Made by a program: the position numbers and the translations under genes
Assembly (NCBI GenBank): GCA_963721455.1
Contig: CAVRJG010000032.1
Location: 1-13,947, forward strand
Source of the DNA: an uncultured Methanosarcinaceae archaeon
GTDB lineage: Archaea; Halobacteriota; Methanosarcinia; Methanosarcinales; Methanosarcinaceae
Direction: 5' to 3'
Length of the DNA: 13,947 nt
Notes under the pieces: model-generated
What the model was told of the DNA's origin: nothing
The model's database searches: none
Seen by the model: only the letters and a program-made list of their open reading frames with translations
Shown here: piece by piece, positions 7,562 to 13,947 of the stretch
How positions within the stretch are numbered: position 1 is the first letter of the stretch
How the letters are laid out: the number at the start of each line of letters is the position of its first letter

Positions 7562-9947
7562 ATGAAAGAAATAAATAGCAATAAAGTACAAAATAGCAAT
7601 AAAGTACATAGAGGACATAATCTTTTAAAAGTTTTAGGAATAACAGTGCTGGCACTTGTTATACTTGTGAGTATCGTAGGTGCGGCGCCATTTTCAAATA
7701 TTACGTTTGTAACTACTGGTTCATCATTTTCACCTATTATTACAGTTACAGGTAATCCTACAATTCAATGGATATTAGGTGATGGTTCAACATCTAATTC
7801 TAAGTCTCCTATTGTAAATTTTGGTTCAGCGGGGACAAGAGTAAACACTTTGGTAGTAACACCGTGGAGTGCAGTAACTAAAATCAATATAGGTTATGAT
7901 GGTTCAGATGGTGGAGCAACTCCAAGTTCTAGTACAATAGCAAATTTAGCACAACAGAATGTAATAGCTGTTAGCGGTTTAGAAAATGTTGCACCATACC
8001 TCCAGGTGTGGGCTTCAAATTATAATCCAATAACTGCGCTGGATTTCAGTAATTTCACGGCACTGAATACGATTGAGTGTTTTTCTTGTAGATCATTGGC
8101 TACTATCAGGCTCCGTAACGTTCCATCTCTGACTAGGCTTTGCATCGAACAATCCAATATTTCTTATCTTGATCTATCAGAAGCTCCTTCTCTTGCTGAC
8201 CTTCGTGGAGCATCTCAGAGAAGCTCAACATATACTATAAATTGGGGTACTACAGGGGCTAATATATGGCATATATGTGTCAGAGATAACCCGCAGATAA
8301 CGAGCACATTCTCATTCAGTCAGTTTCCACTTTTGAGAGATTTTTTTAACTGGAATGACAATCAAAGCGGTACTCTGCACCTAACTTCAACAAATTTAAA
8401 GAATGTTCTATCGTCCAATAATCATTATAATGCTGCTGTTTTTTCTGGTTGTTTCCCCGCAGGTAGAAATGGTACTGTGTATATTAATGATAATAACCTC
8501 ATAAGTTTAGATATTTCCAATGATCCTGGTTTACTCTATTTAAATGCTAGTCTTAATTTATTAAATCAAGAAGCAGTAGATGGGATACTCCAAACACTGG
8601 ATTCTTATAATACTAACGGCGGGCATTTAGATTTAACTGGAAACGCTGCACCATCAATTATAGGAATAGAACATGCAAATAATTTATCAACTCGAAGATG
8701 GAAGGTTCAAATTTCATCAAAAAATAATCCACCGATTGCAAATTTCACAAGCACTGTTACTTTTGGAATGATTCCATTAGTAGTTCAATTTAATGATACA
8801 AGCATAAACAATCCTAGGACATGGTTATGGGATTTTGGGGACCGAACTTATTCAACTGAGAAATTCCCAAAGCACATTTATACCTCTCCGGGAAATTACA
8901 ATGTAACGCTTGATGTAAGGAATGCAAATGGTTCAGATTTTAAAGTTGTCGTAATAACTGTTTTGGAACAACCAGGTCTCCCTGTAGCAAATTTCAGTAG
9001 CAACATCACTGAGGGCTATGTTCCACTAGATGTGCAGTTTAACGACTTCTCGGAAAATATAGTGGAGAGACGCTGGAACTTTGGAGATGGAACTAATTCA
9101 ACCGAGATCGAACCAATACATACATATTCAGCAGCAGGAAACTATAGTGTTAACCTGACTGTAAACAATGAAAATGGAACTGCCTCAAAAACTGCTGCAA
9201 TAACTGTACTTACAGCAAGCAATTCAAGCGGTGGCAGTAGTGGAGGAAGTAGCCACAGTAGTTCCAGTGGTGGTGGAGGTGCAGGAGGTTCTCCTGAGCC
9301 TGCAATAAATGTCCAGGTCAAGGAAATTTCACAGGCGTTTATTACAAACGGCAAACCTGTAAAGTTTGATTTCGCAAAGAATGTCACGTGTGTTGTATTT
9401 GTAAGCTTCGATGCAAAGAGGACTTTTGGCAAAACCACAACTATTGCTGAAATGCTCAAAGGAAAATCCGCTCTTAGTTTCCGAACTGCCTTCTGGCGAG
9501 ATCTACAAGTCATTTAATATCTGGGTTGGAAACGGAGGAGTTTCAACCTCAAAGAACATCGAAAATCCGGTAGTATCTTTCAAGGTTGAGAAATCCTGGA
9601 TAAAGGACAAAAAGATCGATCCGGCTTCCATTACCTTAAACAGGTACGTCGATAAAAAATGGGAAAAATTTCAAGTTAATTTTTCAAGGGAAGATGCAAA
9701 ATATCTGTACTTCACAGCAAAGACCCCAGGGTTCTCTTCCTTTGCAATAACAGGTACGGAGAAAATCGCCTCTGAAGAAACTGTAGCAGAAGTACAGTCA
9801 AAATTAGAGACTGGAGCAATTAGCAAAAATGATACAAAGAATAAAGGACTGGAAGCTGAACAAAAAGAAATCCCGAGTACATCAGGCTTTGAAATATGTT
9901 GTGGAGTAGCTGGTCTGCTTGCAGTGTTCTTGTATAAAAGAAAGTAA
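7562..9947 (+). CDS. Cell-surface protein: signal peptide, LRR-like region, 2 PKD domains, Ser/Gly linker, PGF-pre-PGF domain and PGF-CTERM-like anchor; split by a +1 frameshift near 9476
   Basis: Hydrophobic N-terminus (KVLGITVLALVILVSIVGA). LRR-like units (NPITALDFSNFTALNTI, NISYLDLSEAPSLADL, NNLISLDISNDPGLLYL). PKD motifs WDFGD and WNFGDG, then GSPEPA. ORF 9411-9947 supplies VSELPSGEIYKSFNIWVG...TPGFSSFAITG...SGFEICCGVAGLLAVFLYKRK. The joined product is 794 aa. Confidence 0.9.
7573..7608 (+). repeat. Perfect in-frame 18-bp tandem duplication
   Basis: aaatagcaataaagtaca x2 (NSNKVQ/NSNKVH), before the hydrophobic part of the signal peptide. Confidence 0.9.
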
Positions 9948-9968
9948 AATCCAAAGTTCGACGTAAAA

Positions 9969-9997
9969 ATGAGGGGTTAATCCTCTCATCTTATTTC
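9969..9997 (+). terminator. Stem-loop plus T-rich tract after the surface-protein gene
   Basis: atgagggg-ttaat-cctctcat followed by cttatttc, about 20 nt after the stop. Confidence 0.5.
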
Positions 9998-10000
9998 AGT

Positions 10001-10028
10001 CGAATACCCCGCAGCTTGCTGCAGGGAT
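10001..10028. repeat. GC-rich hairpin resembling an IS200/IS605 end or REP-like palindrome
   Basis: ccccgcagc-tt-gctgcaggg (8/9 pairs) in an AT-rich intergenic region. Confidence 0.45.
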
Positions 10029-10559
10029 GGAAAACTTCCCCGAGAACCGTTGTTAACTAAACGATTTATAATTTTAGCTACATTTTTAATATCTTCTGGG
10101 ATCACCAACATTTACCATGAATTCCACTGGCAATTGACTGCAATCAATCAAAAACCCCAGAAAATAATAAAAAGTCTCATAAAAACAGAAGCTTTGTCAG
10201 ATAAACCATTGACTCTGCATCCTGTTCCTTTGTAGTTAAAGAAAAGGATACAGAATCAATTATATTTTAAAGAACTTTCGGTAAATTGCCAAATTATCTG
10301 TTCACTTGTTTTAAAAATCAATATCACTGGGAGACTGTAACTGTATATTGTCACCATCTTCTGAACGAGATAAAGGAAGTTTTAAAGGAATGAATTGCCA
10401 TTGGGAGAATTTTTTCAACAATCGAATTCTTTCAATATTCTGAGCATTTTCGTATTGATATATTTCTCTTTGTTACATGACACTCGTCTGGAGGACAAAG
10501 GCAATAGACCTGGATCAGTTTTCGAAGGCATTGTGAATATGCTGCTGTTTATTCGCCGT

Positions 10560-11240
10560 TTATAACTCCCCGGCTTTCAATTCTGCGATATAAGGATCAT
10601 AAGCTGCAGTTGAACCGCCTGAACTGTGTGCAATATAATAGTCCGCAACAATCGAAGCTTGCTGCTCGCGATTATAATCACGCAAATGCTTTTTTGCACC
10701 AAGTCCTTAATGCATACCCCAAGCTTGCTTGCGCATGAATTGCTTCAATAAGATATTGCGAACCAACATACTTCATTTGCGCAACATGGGTTAACTCATG
10801 AATAAGCCACTTCATTTCGGAGTTACCTGCTGCCGTGTTAATCTTTCGATTGAAATTGATAGTATGGAAGGTTGTAATACCCATACCCGAGCACCTGTTT
10901 ATTTTCGCTCCGATTCGGGCAATGAGCGACATTTGTCGATACGCACCTGCCAATAAATGATGCTATCTCCAAATACGCTTCGGGCTTCCTGCTCCTCTAC
11001 TGGGGTAAGACTTCGGGTATTAGACTTAACAGCTTGCCATAACGAATCCATTGCTTCCGGGAAAGCATAGAAGTCAATAACCTTTGCGATAATCCGGCAG
11101 ACCCTTACAGCAAAAGACAATAGGCCACACCAAATGCATTTGCAGAAGTCCTGTTCTCTCTGTGAAATCCGGATTTTGACAGCTTTCAAAGCATCACCCG
11201 TTTTAGAAGTGCTTTCTCCTTGGTCCCGTATCTTTCCGAT
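10560..11240 (-). pseudogene. HEXXH zincin-like protein (DUF4157/eCIS-core or Rhs-associated type) with two frameshifts
   Basis: Three frames join to ...RSLTPVEEQEARSVFGDSIIYWQVRID / SLIARIG...WLIHELTHVAQMKYVG...GY / LGAKKHLRDYNREQQASIVADYY...KAGEL*. The start is uncertain. Confidence 0.7.
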
Positions 11241-11254
11241 TTATAAATATACTA

Positions 11255-11332
11255 GAACTTACGCGGTTGGACTGAGAAATCAATAGCATTAAACCTTCAA
11301 TTGTCTAAAATTTTAGAGCTTGGAGTCCAACC
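11255..11332 (+). repeat. Short repeat/MITE copy with an internal inverted repeat and truncated right end
   Basis: ggttggact (11265-11273) and agtccaacc (11324-11332) form an inverted pair. Perfect palindrome tctaaaattttaga at 11304-11317. Similar to 4251-4289. Confidence 0.6.
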
Positions 11333-11827
11333 ATACCTGTATTTAAGTTTCTGATCTGTCATACCTTCAAGTGCTGCAAATATGGTGGCAGATGAATGCC
11401 TGAAAATATGATCATGAATTTTAGGTATTCCTGCCCTTTCTGCAATATTGTGTAATTATTCTTAGAATCCATTTTCACTTAGTTTTCCATGTGGAGGAGG
11501 ATTACTACAGAAGAAGTAACTATCAGGTTCTTTTAATGGGTGCTGCATCTACCAGTGATACATTTCTTGTGTGCACCAAACACAATATACTCTTCTGGGA
11601 CTTGTTTTAGCTCTAGGAATATATACAATTATACTATCATTTTCAAACTGGACATCACAGTACTTAATTTTAAGAAGTTCTCCACATCTTACACCGCTAT
11701 CAAGTAAAAAAGCAATCATAACTCTCTCACGTTGATTAAGACAAACTTCGATAAGTTTTTGATAATCTTCCTAAGTAATATGATTTGAGTTGATTCTCTC
11801 TTGCTTTACAGGTTTAAGTTTAATACT
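11297..11827 (-). pseudogene. Tyrosine recombinase/integrase catalytic-domain remnant
   Basis: One frame with LLDSGVRCGELL, RAKT, HIFRHSSAT and YGW. Internal stops at 11771-3 (TAG), 11549-51 (TAG), 11462-4 and 11456-8 (TAA). No N-terminus and no catalytic Tyr. Not in the ORF track. Confidence 0.9.
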
Positions 11828-11828
11828 A

Positions 11829-11965
11829 CCTGTCCCGCATGTGTCGAAAAATACGGGAAAAATTACGTTGTTATCGTAGCCGAAGTTTAATATAAAAATA
11901 GAGTCATAATATCAGGGACTTGCGTCTGTCCCGTAGTTTTAACTCTCATAATTCCATAAGACAGG
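11829..11965. mobile_element. Possible degenerate MITE with CCTGTC...GACAGG ends
   Basis: cctgtcccg at 11829, ctgtcccg at 11926 and gacagg at 11960-11965. It begins where integrase similarity stops. Confidence 0.3.
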
Positions 11966-12127
11966 CACGGAAAAACCTAATCCAGAATCCATGACCCCGG
12001 AAAAAATGGAATTCACAGAAAAACTGTAATTTTGTAATAATCCCCTTCAGTCAGTCCTCTCGGAGGGAAAAGCTAAAACTACATAAATTAGTCCTCTTGA
12101 GCGCAGCGAAAAGGACCCCGTGCTCCC

Positions 12128-12169
12128 GAAGCGGAACTCGGGAAGCGGAACTCGGGAAGCGGAACTCGG
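12128..12169. repeat. Perfect 14-bp tandem repeat, 3 copies
   Basis: gaagcggaactcgg x3, within a GC-rich patch (12098-12172). Confidence 0.95.
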
Positions 12170-12223
12170 GATACACATAAACAGGTGGTTAAGCATCTAA
12201 CCAAATTATGGAAAGAGTAAAAG

Positions 12224-13488
12224 TCACTTCTTTTTCTCTCTTCTCTGACTCCAACTCTTCTCATTTCCCTCTTCTTTTGGCTCTTTCCTCGTCCATTCAC
12301 TCCTCTTAGTTCCTTCTCCTCTTTGCTCTCTCCCCTGGATCCGGTTTTTCTCAATCACCTTTCTTTTGGCTCTTTCCCTGTCAATTCATCCTCCTTAGCT
12401 ACTCCTCTTTTCTCCCTTCCCGGGCCCAAATTTCTCTTAGTATCTCACTTGTCGGCTCTTTCCTTGTCCATACGCTCCGCCTTACTTTCGGCTTCTTCTC
12501 TTCGATTTCCTCTTCGTCTTCATCGCTGACCGAATCCGAGCTTGGAGCTTACGGAAGCTCTGGCCTTGTCTGGGCATCGGCATAGTCCGGATTGATCCGG
12601 AGGGCTCTCTCAATGGCTCTCAGGGCTTCTTCATCTTTATTCTAAGCCGGAGAGGGCCATTCCCTTGCAGTACCAGGCGTCGGCAGAATCAGGCTTTATT
12701 GAGATCGCTTTGCTGCAGGCCTCGAGGGCTTCTTTTATACTTGCTCGAGCTTTAAGATGGACAAGGCCTTTTCCCAACCCAGGTCTTTGCATTGTCAGGG
12801 TTTATTTTGAGGGCAGCGTCGTAGGCTATCATGGCTTCCACAGGCCTGTTCAAGGCTGTAAAGGGCAAAGGCTTTGCCTTCCCAGGCTCGGGCAAGATTT
12901 CTGGTCGAGTTTGAGGGCGGCATCATAGGCGCGTATGGCCTCTTCGTACCTGCCGAGGTCAGCAAGGGCAGAGCCTTTTGCGTGCCAGGCACCCGCAAGG
13001 TTCGGATTGGCATGCCAGGGCTTTTTCAGAGGCCTTCAAGGGCTTTTTCGTGCTGCCCGATGCCTGCAGAGGACTGAGGTTTTGATATTCCAGGTTTTGT
13101 CGCTGCCCGGTTTTATTTCAAGCAGTCTGTCAAAAGCCTGCAGGGCCGCTTCGTCCCGGTTAAGCTGCAGGAGCACGAAACCTTTTTCGTAGATGATGGG
13201 CCGGGTTTCCAGGCTCGACGCTCAAGGGCTCTTTCAATCGCCTTCAGGGAGTCCTTATACATCCTGTGCCTCAGATAAACTGCGGCTTTCCCTGCCCAAG
13301 CGCCTGCATCACCCGGGCTCGTTTGCAAGGGCTATCTCATAGACTGCAAGAGCTTTATTAAGGCGGTCATATGCAGTAACACCTGTCTTACCAGCACCTT
13401 TACCGGATGTCCGGCCCGTTATGCCTGTTTTCTCCGGCCTGCACGAAATCCCTATTCTGTCCATCTGCCTTTTAGGATTATTTTCCAT
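12224..13488 (-). pseudogene. Tetratricopeptide-repeat protein with a charged repetitive tail, many frameshifts
   Basis: TPR units appear across frames: AWAGKAAVYLRHRMYKDSLKAIERAL, YEKGFVLLQLNRDEAALQAFDRLLEIKP, AWHAKGSALADLGRYEEAIRAYDAALKL, AWEGKAFALYSL, AWYCKGMALSGL. Probable ATG at 13488. The 3' end is approximate. Confidence 0.85.
12240..12500 (-). repeat. Degenerate ~87-bp tandem repeat, 3 copies, with strong purine/pyrimidine strand bias
   Basis: Anchor ggctctttcc at 12279, 12368 and 12454 (spacing 89 and 86), with similar flanks. Confidence 0.7.
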
Positions 13489-13746
13489 AATATCGATCCA
13501 TATTATTTTGTTTGGGGAAACGCTTTTTTGTAAAGAGAATTTTGTATAGAGAATAAAGTACATCCCAAACCTCCCCTGAAGGGCGGCAAATTCTCGGAGA
13601 AATCTTATTTCAGACTCAGTTCTCTTATTTTAAACTGCTCCTGTAAACCTATTTTAAGTAACAAGGTGAGGGATTTATTCAGCAGGAGGGAAGAAATATT
13701 TCCGATGCATCATTTGCCTCTTACACATCCATTTCATTTAAATAGT

Positions 13747-13800
13747 GATCATTATAATGACGATTTTTGTCTATGAGATCATTATTATAATGAAACTCAT
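13747..13800. promoter_or_regulatory. Paired palindromes, candidate operator
   Basis: Perfect palindrome tcattataatga (13749-13760) and variant gatcattattataatga (13777-13793). Confidence 0.35.
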
Positions 13801-13947
13801 TAGAATAAACTGTACCTATACAAACCATATAAAATCTGGAGACTAAAGATCCCACTGGAAATTTTTAAGGACGGATTTTACATGCCTCTAAATCCTTCCC
13901 CTCGAGCTTTGCCAGAACCTCAAAACCTTCTCTTTTCAAACCCGGAA

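Noticed and set aside
10050-10235. 61-aa ORF after the surface-protein gene
   Set aside because: TTG start, no recognisable motif or ribosome-binding site, so it cannot be supported.
11549-11773. Pyrrolysine read-through of the two TAGs in the integrase
   Set aside because: The same frame also has two TAA stops and lacks both termini, so it is a true pseudogene.
12128-12500. CRISPR-like array from the 14-bp and ~87-bp repeats
   Set aside because: The 14-mers have no spacers. The 87-bp units are degenerate along their whole length and lie in a coding tail. No cas genes.
12323-13192. Plus-strand ORFs in the TPR region
   Set aside because: Antisense shadows of the GC-richer TPR gene.
7562-13488. 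A coherent new system of surface protein, HEXXH protein, integrase and TPR protein
   Set aside because: Mixed orientations, intervening repeats and independent decay give no evidence of operon structure or co-function in this window.
13569-13588. Weak hairpin cctccc-ctgaa-gggcgg as an IS605-type end
   Set aside because: Too short and imperfect to distinguish from chance.

Overview
Archaeal DNA, most likely Methanosarcina or a close relative. This is inferred from the PKD/PGF-pre-PGF surface protein and the ISH3, IS1634 and single-ORF IS66 elements. The window is an accessory region full of mobile elements and decayed genes. In order it contains: a PfkB sugar kinase running off the left edge (missed by the ORF track); a VOC/glyoxalase gene with ACG at its expected start, between two MATE 3'-end remnants; a complete IS66-family element whose 550-codon transposase has one in-frame amber codon (candidate pyrrolysine read-through); and a uppP fragment. 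Next is a nest with resolvable junctions (ISH3 inside IS1634 inside a ~105-bp IS6-like MITE), then an LRR-like/PKD/PGF-pre-PGF surface protein split by one +1 shift at CTT-AGT-T. The right part holds pseudogenes of an HEXXH protein, a tyrosine recombinase and a TPR protein, mixed with short repeats. I see no rRNA, tRNA, CRISPR array or intact novel multi-gene system. The strongest leads are recoding (amber, +1 frameshift, ACG start) and the IS nesting.
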